Positions 36,784-46,625 of a stretch of 64,000 nucleotides of DNA are shown here, one piece after another. Position numbers and translations under genes: made by a program. Under the pieces are notes generated by a model. It was not told the DNA's origin, ran no database searches, and was given only the letters and a program-made list of their open reading frames with translations. Each line of letters starts with the position of its first letter. The first letter of the stretch is position 1. Source of the stretch: an uncultured Anaerolineae bacterium (GTDB taxonomy: Bacteria; Chloroflexota; Anaerolineae; JAADDB01); NCBI GenBank assembly GCA_964402285.1, contig CAYOAZ010000001.1:889-64888 (forward strand), given 5' to 3'.

Positions 36784-37704
36784 TTAGGTGTAGTTACGCA
36801 CCACTACCTCGGCAACCGGGCCGCGTCCCTCTCCATTGGCGTTAATGCTGCGACGGGCCCACACTTGCTGAATATCAAAGTCCCGGTAGAGTTCGCGTAC
36901 CCATGGGGTATCACTGTTGGACAGCATAAAAAGCACTCCCCGCCGATCTAAAATCCGACACACTTCGGCAAGACGGCGTTGATCTCCCGGGCCAAACCCA
37001 TCTTTCGTGTATGCAGTGAAGTTGGCTGTGCTGGAAAGTGGCACATAAGGAGGATCTAAATACACGAAATCCCCTGGCTGGGCGCGTTGCAATGCGCGTT
37101 CAAAGGGTTCAACAGTTAACTCCTGGGCGTAAGCGCGGAGCACACGGGCCGCTTGGTGTAACGCTTCGGGGATGTAAAGCGCGGGTTTCTTATACCGGCC
37201 CCAGGGGACGTTGAAGTGACCACGCCGGTTTGTGCGGTATAACCCGTTGTACGCTGTCTTGTTCAGGAAATAGAACCTCACGGCACGGCGAAGAGGAGAC
37301 CATTGGGCAAATTCCGGGGTGCGATCTGCATTACGCCAGCGATAGTACATTTCCTTACGGTGTTCCTCGTCGTAATGGGTGTATTCTTCTGCCAGGGCGC
37401 GCACTTCCGCCAGGAATGCCTCGGTGTGATCCCGTAGAACCCGGTAGAAGTTGATGAGTTCTTCGTTCAGGTCAGATAAGAAGGACGGTGCTTTACGGAG
37501 GGGGGCCAGGTAGAAAAAAACTGCTCCACCACCCAGAAATGGCTCGTGATATTGTTTGAAGTCGGATGGGAACAGGGGGATAAGGGCGTTGAGAAGTTGA
37601 GATTTCCCGCCTGCCCATTTGATTACGGGTGTGGTGGGGGCCGGCGGGGGCGGTTCGGGTCGGGATGTGGTCTCGACCTCTTCTCGCGCGTTTGTCAGTC
37701 GCAT
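36784..37704 (-). CDS. dam: Dam-family DNA N6-adenine methyltransferase (alpha class, likely GATC-specific), orphan
   Basis: Close to E. coli Dam across the length: KWAGGKSQLL, PFLGGGAVFF (motif I), FNVPWGRYKKP, DPPYVPLSSTANFTAY (motif IV). There is a Pro-rich N-terminal extension, and no restriction endonuclease gene is adjacent. Confidence 0.85.
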   Translation of the reverse strand: MRLTNAREEVETTSRPEPPPPAPTTPVIKWAGGKSQLLNALIPLFPSDFKQYHEPFLGGGAVFFYLAPLRKAPSFLSDLNEELINFYRVLRDHTEAFLAEVRALAEEYTHYDEEHRKEMYYRWRNADRTPEFAQWSPLRRAVRFYFLNKTAYNGLYRTNRRGHFNVPWGRYKKPALYIPEALHQAARVLRAYAQELTVEPFERALQRAQPGDFVYLDPPYVPLSSTANFTAYTKDGFGPGDQRRLAEVCRILDRRGVLFMLSNSDTPWVRELYRDFDIQQVWARRSINANGEGRGPVAEVVVRNYT

Positions 37705-37825
37705 TGGGCCCCCTGGTTGTGGATCTGGTGGTGGATTACAGTGCTGTGTAGAATAGATTATACTTCAAGTTGGGTGGGGTGTCACGTTTTCGTGGGCTCG
37801 CCCTCGGCGAAGGAGGTACCTTGGG

Positions 37826-38560
37826 ATGGCTAAGTGGCGCGTGGGGACGTCGGGATGGGTGTACCCTCATTGGAGAGGTGTTTTTTACCCGCACGACCTT
37901 CCCCAACGGGAGTGGTTCGCGTATTATGCCCGCTATTTTGATACGGTGGAGATTAACAACACCTTCTATCGCCTCCCATCGGAGGAGACTTTTGATATGT
38001 GGCGTACACAAGCCCCGGCGGGATTTGTGTACGCGGTAAAGGCCAATCGCTACATTACCCATATTCGACGTTTGCGCGACTGTGCAGAACCCCTGGAGCG
38101 ATTCCTGGCCCGAGTACGGCGGTTAGGCACGGCCCTGGGGCCTATTTTGTATCAACTTCCCCCTCGTTGGAAGCCCAATCTAGATCGCCTATCTTCATTC
38201 CTCGCTCTACTTCCCACAGGTTTAATACACGTGATGGAATTCCGCGATCCGCGTTGGTTCATCCCTGAGGTGTTCGATTTGTTACAGAAACATGGGGTGG
38301 GATTTTGTATTTACCACATGCCCGAACAGGAAACGCCGTTGGCCGTGACTGCCGATACTGTGTACATTCGTTTTCACGGCACAGGTGTGTTGTACGGCGG
38401 CAGTTATCCGGATGAGAACCTCCTCCTGTGGACCCGGCGTATTCGGGCATGGATTCAGCAAGGATATCATGTGTACGTGTATTTCAACAATGACGCATAT
38501 GGGCACGCTGTCCGTAACGCCCTCACGTTGAAGAATATGTTAAGCAATGCATTTCTGTAG
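37826..38560 (+). CDS. DUF72 (YecE-like) family protein, second paralog
   Basis: WRVGTSGWVYPHW and the same overall signature as 8232-9026. Confidence 0.8.
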   Translation: MAKWRVGTSGWVYPHWRGVFYPHDLPQREWFAYYARYFDTVEINNTFYRLPSEETFDMWRTQAPAGFVYAVKANRYITHIRRLRDCAEPLERFLARVRRLGTALGPILYQLPPRWKPNLDRLSSFLALLPTGLIHVMEFRDPRWFIPEVFDLLQKHGVGFCIYHMPEQETPLAVTADTVYIRFHGTGVLYGGSYPDENLLLWTRRIRAWIQQGYHVYVYFNNDAYGHAVRNALTLKNMLSNAFL

Positions 38561-38580
38561 ACTGGTCAAGCGTTGCCGGT

Positions 38581-41505
38581 TTACAGGGTTACGGGTCTTT
38601 CCTCCTGCGGCGGGATGAGGGCATCTGCCAAGACTTGCACTACGTGTACTCCCTCCCGTTCGCTCAAATCTGCAATCTGATGGCGGCAAGAGGTCCCATC
38701 TGCAACCACAATCGCGTCCTCTGGTGCCTCGCGCAGCGCGGGCAACAGCCGGTCTTCAGCAATCTTCAAACTCAAGTCGAAATGCTCCATTTCATAGCCA
38801 AAACTACCGGCCATGCCGCAACAGCCCGCATCAATTTCGTGCACCTCAAATCCAGCGGCGCGAAGGAGATCCAGAGTGGGGCGAGTACCTACTATGGCTT
38901 TTTGATGACAATGACCGTGTACGTATACCGGCCGATTGGGCGGATTAAAGCGCAGCGCGTCGGGTTCCCGACTCAAAAGTTCCGCTAAAAATTCGTCGAT
39001 AGTTATACATTGTTGGGCTACAATTTGTGCATCTTCGCCGGGTACCAGGTCTGGGTACTCGTCTTTCATCGTGAGGATGCAGGACGGCTCCACCCCAATG
39101 ATGGGAATTCCCTGTCGCGCGTAGGGGGCCAGCAAGCGTACGTTGTGTTCGGCGTTTTTCTTTGCTTCCTTGAGCAGACCTTTTGAGAGGAGGGGCCGTC
39201 CACAACATACACGTTTTTCCGCTACAATAACGTCATATCCTGCGGCTTCCAGTAAGCGTACTGTGGCTTTGCCCAGGTGTGGGTCATTGTATGTGAGAAA
39301 GGTGTCAGGGAAGAGGATAACAGGGCCTCGTGGGGCCGGAGGACGGTCGGACTGGCGTCGCTGTCGTTTGTGCCACCAGGATAGGAATGTTTCCTCAGCC
39401 AACTCTGGGAATGTGCGGCTGGGATGAATGCCCAAAAAGCGGGCTGCAAACCACTTGAAGACTCGGGACCGCATAACCGCATTGGCTAGTGGCGCAAAAG
39501 GAGCCATGATCGCGTTTAGATGATGGATGTGTCCGAAAACCCAGTTGCGGAAAGGGAGGCCGTGCGTTTCGTAATACCAGGCCAACCATTCGGTTTTAAT
39601 TTTGGTCATGTCCACAGCCGAAGGACATTCGGACTTGCACGCTTTGCAGCCTAGACACAAATCTAAGGCCCCATACACATCTTCGTCGGTCGGGGAGAAA
39701 GGTTTGCCACTGAGCCATGCACGGAGTAGGTTTGCTCGCCCTCGGGTGCTATCGTGTTCATCCCGTGTGGCTTGAAATGTGGGACACATGGTGCCCGTGT
39801 CCACTTTGCGGCATACCCCCGCGCCGTTACATTGCTCCACTGCACGGTCAAAACCCATGAAGTCGTCCCAGTTATACTGGGTGGGGATGAGGCGAACACT
39901 GTAATCAGGACCGTAACGCAGGTTCTCGGTCATTGCCGGGGCGTCTACGATTTTGCCCGGGTTCATCAGGTTGTGGGGGTCGAACACAGCCTTCACTCGA
40001 CGTAATGCCTGGTAGAGGGTAGGACCAAAAATGAGTTCGTTAAATTGGGATCGGGCCAAGCCGTCACCGTGTTCGCCACTCATTGCCCCACCGTACTTTA
40101 GCGCCAGGTGAGCGGCTGCGTTCGCGATCTCTTCCATCTTAGAGACTTCGTTTGCGTCCTTTAAATTAATAAGCGGGCGGATATGTAAACACCCTGCACT
40201 CGCGTGGGCGTACATGGCTACGCGGGTGTGGGTGCGTTCCATAATATCCAGGATATCCCGTACATAGTCAGGGAGTCGTTCTGGAGGTACTGCAACATCT
40301 TCCATAAAAGCAATGGGTTTATGGTCTCCGCGGACGCTCATCAGGAGCCCTAACCCCATTTTGCGCACACCCCATACCTGCGCCTGTTCCTCTGGCGAAA
40401 TCGCGCGCACAAACGTGTTCGCAAGGCCTTTGGCTTTTAGGTGGTTTTCCAATCCCGCAATCTTGGCAATGACCTCGTTTTCACTTTCGCCATAGAATTC
40501 CACAACGATTAAGGCCTTTGGGTCCCCCTGCACAAAGGAGAGGTATTGGGAATACCCCGGGGTCTCTCGGGTCAAGCGTATGAGCATTTGGTCCATTAAT
40601 TCCACGGCTGATGGATGTCGCTCTAAGGCGGCCACGCTCACGTGCATGGCTTGGATTATGTCATCACAGTGCACAACGCACAGGCCCTTGTGTTTGGGTC
40701 TTTCCACTAAGTGGAGGGTGAGAGAACGAATGACTGCCAGGGTTCCTTCGGAGCCCACAATAAGTTGCGCCAGGTTGAAGCGATTTTCCTCCAGCCCACG
40801 TAGGAGATAGTTCAGGTTATAGCCACTGGCTCTGCGCCAGTGTTTGGGGAATCGCGTACGAATGTCTTCGGATACTTCGTTAACAATGCGGGGAATCTCT
40901 CGATATAATAATGCTTCCAGGGAGGTTCCTCGGGAGCGAGCCTCCAACCCCTTGCTGTCTACTGTGTCAAAGCGCGCGACACTCCCATCCGAGAGTATTA
41001 CATCCATGCTGATTACGTGGTCCACGGTCATGCCGTAGAGGATAGAATGGGCGCCGGTTGCGTTGTTGCCTGCCACGCCTCCCAAGGTCGCCCGTTCGCC
41101 AGATGCTGGATCCGGGCCAAACATGAGGCCGTACTCACCAGCGGCTCGATTCATGTGGTCCAGGAGGACGCCCGGTTGCACAGTAATGGTTCGTTCCTCA
41201 GGGTTCACGTTCAGGATGGAGTTCAAGTACTTGCTCGTGTCAATAATTACGGCTTCACCTACAGCCTGGCCGGCAAGACTGCTCCCTCCTCCCCGAGGAA
41301 GTACAGGCACACGGAATCGGGCCGCCAGTTCCACTGTTGCAATGAGGTCTTCCTCGGTACGGGGGATAACAACACCTAGAGGTTCGATCTGGTAGATGCT
41401 GGCGTCGGTGCTGTAGAGGATGCGTGAAACATCGTCAAACCGCACCTCCGCGGTGGTGTGATGGGAAAGTTCTTCAGCCAAGGCCTGAACGCGATGCGAA
41501 TCCAT
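38581..41505 (-). CDS. FAD-linked oxidase (GlcD-like) fused to a C-terminal Fe-S/CCG domain (GlcF-like); putative D-lactate/glycolate-type dehydrogenase
   Basis: 974 aa. The FAD-binding PCMH domain (VIPRTEEDL..., GGGSSLAGQAV) is followed by a ferredoxin-like CxxCxxC and two cysteine-rich CCG motifs (CCGMAGSFG). Confidence 0.8.
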   Translation of the reverse strand: MDSHRVQALAEELSHHTTAEVRFDDVSRILYSTDASIYQIEPLGVVIPRTEEDLIATVELAARFRVPVLPRGGGSSLAGQAVGEAVIIDTSKYLNSILNVNPEERTITVQPGVLLDHMNRAAGEYGLMFGPDPASGERATLGGVAGNNATGAHSILYGMTVDHVISMDVILSDGSVARFDTVDSKGLEARSRGTSLEALLYREIPRIVNEVSEDIRTRFPKHWRRASGYNLNYLLRGLEENRFNLAQLIVGSEGTLAVIRSLTLHLVERPKHKGLCVVHCDDIIQAMHVSVAALERHPSAVELMDQMLIRLTRETPGYSQYLSFVQGDPKALIVVEFYGESENEVIAKIAGLENHLKAKGLANTFVRAISPEEQAQVWGVRKMGLGLLMSVRGDHKPIAFMEDVAVPPERLPDYVRDILDIMERTHTRVAMYAHASAGCLHIRPLINLKDANEVSKMEEIANAAAHLALKYGGAMSGEHGDGLARSQFNELIFGPTLYQALRRVKAVFDPHNLMNPGKIVDAPAMTENLRYGPDYSVRLIPTQYNWDDFMGFDRAVEQCNGAGVCRKVDTGTMCPTFQATRDEHDSTRGRANLLRAWLSGKPFSPTDEDVYGALDLCLGCKACKSECPSAVDMTKIKTEWLAWYYETHGLPFRNWVFGHIHHLNAIMAPFAPLANAVMRSRVFKWFAARFLGIHPSRTFPELAEETFLSWWHKRQRRQSDRPPAPRGPVILFPDTFLTYNDPHLGKATVRLLEAAGYDVIVAEKRVCCGRPLLSKGLLKEAKKNAEHNVRLLAPYARQGIPIIGVEPSCILTMKDEYPDLVPGEDAQIVAQQCITIDEFLAELLSREPDALRFNPPNRPVYVHGHCHQKAIVGTRPTLDLLRAAGFEVHEIDAGCCGMAGSFGYEMEHFDLSLKIAEDRLLPALREAPEDAIVVADGTSCRHQIADLSEREGVHVVQVLADALIPPQEERPVTL

Positions 41506-41703
41506 AGGGTAACTCCTTCACGCTGGATGAAAAAGGTGAAACAAACCAGGATGTCGTAGTATAATCCAGTTGACCTCTGATGTCGAAGCGTGAGGTGAAT
41601 TAACGCATGGTTGATTGGTCTTGCATGTGCCTTTCTCGCGCCTTTCTAGAGGATTTCGTAGCGCACATGGTATGCTTATTGAAGGAAACAAAAGGAACGA
41701 GGG

Positions 41704-42435
41704 ATGGAATTACAAGGTAAAGTAGCGCTGGTCACAGGAGGGGCCCGCCGATTGGGCCGTTCCTTTGTCTTGGCTTTAGCCCAGGCCGGCGTGGATGTGA
41801 TTGTCCATTATGGACATGCGGAGCGAGAAGCCGAGGAGACGGTTATGGCTGCGCGACGTTTTGGCGTGCGCGCCATTGCCTTGGCCGCAGATCTTACGGA
41901 TATAGCCGCGGTGCAATCTCTGATCCCGCGCGCAGCAGATGTCATGGCCCCTCCTCAGATCCTGGTAAACAGTGCGGCTGTGTTTATTCCCGGTACTATT
42001 CGCGAGACTAATTTGGATAACTGGTCTCTTCATATGCGCCTTAACTTACGGGCCCCGTTTTTCTTAATTCAGTCTTTTGTTCACGTATTAGGGGATCGGG
42101 CCGGCAAAGTGGTGAATATTACGGATTGGCGAGCTTTATACCCGGGCCGTAAGTACGCGGCTTACACATTGAGCAAGGCCGCACTTATTACGTTGACTCA
42201 ATTTGCGGCTCGGGAGTTCGCTCCCAATGTGCAGGTGAATGCCCTTGCCCTGGGCGCGGTGTTGCCCCCTCCCGATAAGGATGAAGCCTACCTGGATCGT
42301 TTGGTTCAACACATTCCAGCCCGACGCCCTGCCCGGTTAGAAGAGGTGACGGATGCACTTCTCTTTCTCTTGCGCAATGATTACATCACGGGCGAAGTCA
42401 TCCTGGTAGACGGTGGGGCACATTTAGTACACTAA
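41704..42435 (+). CDS. SDR-family oxidoreductase (putative pteridine/dihydrofolate reductase FolM/PTR1-like)
   Basis: TGGARRLG Rossmann motif and the Y..K catalytic pair. The pteridine role is inferred only from folB immediately downstream. Confidence 0.65.
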   Translation: MELQGKVALVTGGARRLGRSFVLALAQAGVDVIVHYGHAEREAEETVMAARRFGVRAIALAADLTDIAAVQSLIPRAADVMAPPQILVNSAAVFIPGTIRETNLDNWSLHMRLNLRAPFFLIQSFVHVLGDRAGKVVNITDWRALYPGRKYAAYTLSKAALITLTQFAAREFAPNVQVNALALGAVLPPPDKDEAYLDRLVQHIPARRPARLEEVTDALLFLLRNDYITGEVILVDGGAHLVH

Positions 42436-42466
42436 ACATCCCAATCCATTCATTTTTGAGGTTATC

Positions 42467-42841
42467 ATGCGTGATTACATTGAAATCTACGATTTACTTG
42501 TCCGTGCTATTATTGGCATTAATGATTGGGAACGCCGAGAGCGGCAGAATGTACTTATTAATCTGCGGTTGTACACGGATACCCGTAAAGCAGGTACTAC
42601 GGATCGGATCGAGGATGCGTTGAACTACCGCGATGTGGCTAAGCGTGTTATCCGCCTTGTCGAAACCTCCCAATTCTTCCTGGTGGAACGCCTGGCCGAG
42701 GAGATTGCGCGCGTGTGTGTGCAAGAGTTTAATGTGCCTCGCGTTATTGTGCGCGTGGAGAAGCCGGGCGCAATCCGTTTTGCCCGCTCTGTAGGCGTCA
42801 CTATCGACCGCACCCGAGAGGACTTCTTGTCAGGAATGTGA
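42467..42841 (+). CDS. folB: Dihydroneopterin aldolase
   Basis: 124 aa: IEIYDL.VRAIIGINDWERRERQNVLINL with K...E catalytic residues, the typical FolB pattern. Confidence 0.8.
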   Translation: MRDYIEIYDLLVRAIIGINDWERRERQNVLINLRLYTDTRKAGTTDRIEDALNYRDVAKRVIRLVETSQFFLVERLAEEIARVCVQEFNVPRVIVRVEKPGAIRFARSVGVTIDRTREDFLSGM

Positions 42842-42891
42842 GGAAATCGCAGGGAAATTCCTGGTAGTGAGTTCGGGCTTTCTGTGCTACC

Positions 42892-44145
42892 CTATCCGTC
42901 TATCCATACTTCTACAGGCGCACCTCCAAGATCCACTCGTAAGACCCACTCTCCGGAGAAGTGGTATACACGGTTGGGTTGTAGGCGGCGAAACGAGTGG
43001 GTGTATAACATCCGTCGTCCCTGGCGGATACGTACTGTTCCCTTGTCCACAAAGGCTTGAAGCCAGAATGCAAAGCGAGGGGTTGGAAATCCTCCCGCAA
43101 GAGAGGTAATGCTGTTGGGAAATATCCAACGGATGGGGGGGCGCGAGCGAACCGGTACACGGGCCTCTGGCCATATCCCTTTTTCCAGGAAGAGACGTAT
43201 GTGTTGTGCTGCGGCCCGGCCCTCCAGCGCGCTGCGAGATGCGGTTTCCGCACCGTGAAGCAGGTTACCCGCGGCAAAGATCCCCCGGCGCGAGGTATGG
43301 AATCCGCCATCTACTTGAGGCCCCAGTGTTCCTGGGTCAATGACCAACTCTCCGCTACGGGCTACTTCATTCTCAGGAATCCAATCGCCAGTGAACACCA
43401 CTGTATCGCAGGGGATCACAGTCCGATGGCCATTTCTAAGGTTTTCCACTTCTACTCCCTCCACCCGACGGTGTCCAAGGATGCGGGTTACGCGGGTGGA
43501 TGTGTACAGGGGCGTGGAATGTAACACGTTCATAAGAGCCCAACGGGCGAGCGAGTATGGGAAGTAGATTTGATGTTGTGGTAACTCTGTAACCATTGCG
43601 ACCACTTTTACGCCCGCACTTTGTAATGTCATAAACGCGGACAAACTTACTGCTTCTGCTCCCACGATGAGGGCCCGGGTGCCCACCGGGAGGTGGTGTT
43701 CGTACACGAAGCGTTGGAGTGCACCTGTTGTGAGCACTCCATGAGGACGAGTGCCCGGCACTAAGCGGGCAGATCGTGGGCGTTCCCGTACCCCTGTGGC
43801 CAGAAGGATGGCTCGTGCCGCGACGACTCCCGTACCTTCCGGACTGGTGAACATCAGGGCACGCTCACTGTCCCATCCTGTAATTGTGGTGTTCGTGCGG
43901 ATTTCCACTCCGAGGGCGCGGGCCACACTCACGTAACGGCGGGCATACTGGGGACCTGAAAGGATGCGGTGCATGTCATAAAGCCCAAAGCCTGTATGAT
44001 GACATAAGCGAGGCATTCCTCCGGGCTCGGGCTCTCGGTCCACAACTGTAACCCGTTGAACCCCGTGGCGTTTTAATTCAATGGCGCTGGCCAATCCTGC
44101 CGGTCCCGCGCCCACAATGAGCACATCCCTTTCCACCGTCGTCAT
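42892..44145 (-). CDS. NAD(P)/FAD-dependent oxidoreductase (pyridine-nucleotide-disulfide fold); partner subunit of the adjacent GlpA-like dehydrogenase
   Basis: DVLIVGAGPAGLASA dinucleotide motif. The start at 44145 overlaps the GlpA-like stop (ATGA), and the track ORF is over-extended to 44268. Confidence 0.65.
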   Translation of the reverse strand: MTTVERDVLIVGAGPAGLASAIELKRHGVQRVTVVDREPEPGGMPRLCHHTGFGLYDMHRILSGPQYARRYVSVARALGVEIRTNTTITGWDSERALMFTSPEGTGVVAARAILLATGVRERPRSARLVPGTRPHGVLTTGALQRFVYEHHLPVGTRALIVGAEAVSLSAFMTLQSAGVKVVAMVTELPQHQIYFPYSLARWALMNVLHSTPLYTSTRVTRILGHRRVEGVEVENLRNGHRTVIPCDTVVFTGDWIPENEVARSGELVIDPGTLGPQVDGGFHTSRRGIFAAGNLLHGAETASRSALEGRAAAQHIRLFLEKGIWPEARVPVRSRPPIRWIFPNSITSLAGGFPTPRFAFWLQAFVDKGTVRIRQGRRMLYTHSFRRLQPNRVYHFSGEWVLRVDLGGAPVEVWIDG

Positions 44146-45599
44146 CGGGATCCCTCTCGTTGTTTTGTGAGTGTGCCTCCGAACCGTTCTGCATCGTCTA
44201 GGGCTAGGAGGAATTTCGGATCTTGACCCGTTTCCCGGGCCAGGATGTTCACGATATGGGCTCGACAATTAAACCCCTGACACCGCCCCTGCATAGCTCG
44301 CGTCCGCCGGCGAAGCCCGTCCAAAGTGCGTGCGGGAATCGGGCTGTGGATAGCGTCCAGGATTTCACCTAATGTCACTTTTTCACAGTGGCACACAATG
44401 CGGCCGTAATCAGGGTTTTGGGCAATCATCTCAGGGCGCTGGTAAGGGCGGGGTTCGGCTGCGCCAATGTAGGGCATGTGTACGGGTTTATACTCGCTCT
44501 TGGGATGCAAGTCCAAACCCGCATCTGCCAGAAGATCCCGTACATACTCTGCAATGCCCATCCCCGCGGATACTCCTGTGGAACGAATACCCCCTACGCA
44601 TATGTAGCCCTGGTCCTTATGGAGGTGGATTTGATAATCGGAATGCTCTGTCGCGGCCCGAAGTCCTGCATATGTGGCTGTGACTTCCTCATTGAGCAGA
44701 GCCGGCAGGATGGCTTTTCCCTTTTCTAATAAAGCACGTAGCCCCTGCTCACTCGTGGCCGTGTTTGTCTTGTCATCTAAATCCTCAGCAGTGGGCCCTA
44801 GGAGTACGTTGCCGAACACCGTGGGGCTGATGAGTACACCTTTGGTAATGGGGGTGGGTACGGGCAGAATGATGTGGTTAATAAGGGAACGGGCAAATTT
44901 ATCAAAGACAATCAATTCCCCGCGACGAGGGGTTACCGTAAAATCGTAATGTCCTAACATGTGGTCGATTTCGTCGGAATAAAGCCCAGCCGCGTTGATC
45001 AGGTAACGAGCGCGCACGTTTCCTTTAGGGCCGCCTATCTGTTTGGATCCGTCGGGCAAAATGTGTACATGGTGCACTGGAAAGTTTAACCGCAGATCTA
45101 CACCGTTAATAACGGCCTGGGTTGCGAACGCGATGGAAAGGGTAAAGGGGCAAATAATGGATTCCCCAGGCACCAGGAGTCCTCCCCACGCCCCTGGGTG
45201 TAAGTTAGGTTCCAATTGATACACTTCTTTTGGCGAAAGGATACGTACATCAGTGACTCCGTTTTTAAACGCGCGTTCTTGAAGGGCGGGGAGAATGTGC
45301 TTTTGTTCTTCTGTCCACGCAACCAGCAATCCGCCTAAACGTTCCACAGGGATGCCGGCCTCAGGAATGAATTTTTCCATGAGCGCATAGGAACGTCGTA
45401 GGAGTTTGGCTTCTAGGGTACCGTTTTTCGCATCGAATCCTGTATGCCAGATCGCGGTGTTGGCCTTGGTTGTGCCCATTCCCACATCGGGATTGGCCTC
45501 CAACAGGATGATGGAAAGGTGATATTGCGCCAATTCCCGGGCAATGGCCGAGCCGACAACACCCGCGCCAATAATCGCCACATCATAGACGTCAGGCAT
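44142..45599 (-). CDS. FAD-dependent glycerol-3-phosphate dehydrogenase-like oxidoreductase (GlpA/GlpD family) with a C-terminal BFD-like [2Fe-2S] domain
   Basis: DVAIIGAGVVGSAIA DAO motif plus a C-terminal CHCEKVT...C.GFNC BFD-like Cys cluster. Confidence 0.7.
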   Translation of the reverse strand: MPDVYDVAIIGAGVVGSAIARELAQYHLSIILLEANPDVGMGTTKANTAIWHTGFDAKNGTLEAKLLRRSYALMEKFIPEAGIPVERLGGLLVAWTEEQKHILPALQERAFKNGVTDVRILSPKEVYQLEPNLHPGAWGGLLVPGESIICPFTLSIAFATQAVINGVDLRLNFPVHHVHILPDGSKQIGGPKGNVRARYLINAAGLYSDEIDHMLGHYDFTVTPRRGELIVFDKFARSLINHIILPVPTPITKGVLISPTVFGNVLLGPTAEDLDDKTNTATSEQGLRALLEKGKAILPALLNEEVTATYAGLRAATEHSDYQIHLHKDQGYICVGGIRSTGVSAGMGIAEYVRDLLADAGLDLHPKSEYKPVHMPYIGAAEPRPYQRPEMIAQNPDYGRIVCHCEKVTLGEILDAIHSPIPARTLDGLRRRTRAMQGRCQGFNCRAHIVNILARETGQDPKFLLALDDAERFGGTLTKQREGSR

Positions 45600-45622
45600 G
45601 AGCAGAGCGCCTCCTTAAGTCG

Positions 45623-46417
45623 TCAGGAACAAGGACGCAGATGATCGATTGTATCCTGGGATATCGGACCAACAGAGGATTCCCCAGATTTCAAAGTGCG
45701 CGCGTTGAAGATGATGCGATCCCCGCGGTAAATATCATGCGCGTACTCAAAGGGAGTGCCATCCTCGGTCATCGCGCAGCGACGAATCTCTAGAATAGGC
45801 AAGTCCATGTGAACCCCCATAATCTCCGCCCATTCTTCATCAAGAAGGGAAATCTCCAATTCTTGGAAAGATTGGGCCGGTTCTACTCCGAAATATTTTT
45901 TCAAAATCCCATAAATGGAATCCGTTAAGTTGAAGTCCAACAGGTCCGGAAAAAGGCGTACCGGGAAGAAGGAATTCTCTAAAGCAATGGGCTCCCCGTC
46001 CGCAGTACGGAGGCGGATAATGTGGTAAACGTGTTCGTCATCGTGCAGATTTAATGCACGCGCAATCTTGGGATCCAGTTCAGAAACGGGAAGTGTGTCT
46101 GCAGTAATGATTTTGGCCCCCGGTTCAATGCCAGCCTTTCGTAACTGTTGATGAAGTCCTTCGGGAGAACTTAAGTCAAAACGTACTTTGGGCCGCGCGA
46201 CAAATACGCCGGATCGGCTGCGGCGTGAAACCAGACCTCGTTGCATAAGCAGGTTGATCGCCGCACGAGCAGTCATCCGAGAGATGCCAAACCGCTCCGC
46301 AAGTTCCCGTTCCGACGGCAAGCGAGAGTTAGGTGGTCGGGTGCCGGCTTTTATTTCTTCGGCGATCTGGTTGGCAATTTGTCGATATACCGGCAATGTA
46401 GATTTGTGAGCAAGCAT
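45623..46417 (-). CDS. GntR-family transcriptional regulator (HutC subfamily, UTRA effector domain)
   Basis: wHTH LPSERELAERFGISRMTARAAINLL plus a ~170-aa UTRA-like C-terminus. Confidence 0.8.
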   Translation of the reverse strand: MLAHKSTLPVYRQIANQIAEEIKAGTRPPNSRLPSERELAERFGISRMTARAAINLLMQRGLVSRRSRSGVFVARPKVRFDLSSPEGLHQQLRKAGIEPGAKIITADTLPVSELDPKIARALNLHDDEHVYHIIRLRTADGEPIALENSFFPVRLFPDLLDFNLTDSIYGILKKYFGVEPAQSFQELEISLLDEEWAEIMGVHMDLPILEIRRCAMTEDGTPFEYAHDIYRGDRIIFNARTLKSGESSVGPISQDTIDHLRPCS

Positions 46418-46625
46418 GGTCTACGTATCTCCTTGCGATGTTTATTTAGCCTTGGCGTTTCTTCAGGATTGTGTCTTTAAAAGGCCAAGTTCAGTCTATT
46501 ATAACAAAGCCTTGGGCGCGAGTGTCTTGCTGGCAAACTGTGCTTAGTTCTCATCAATAGAGGTTGCAGCCCCTTTGTCGTTGGCTTACCTTTTAGATTT
46601 GTATGAGTGAGGAGGACAAACCTAT

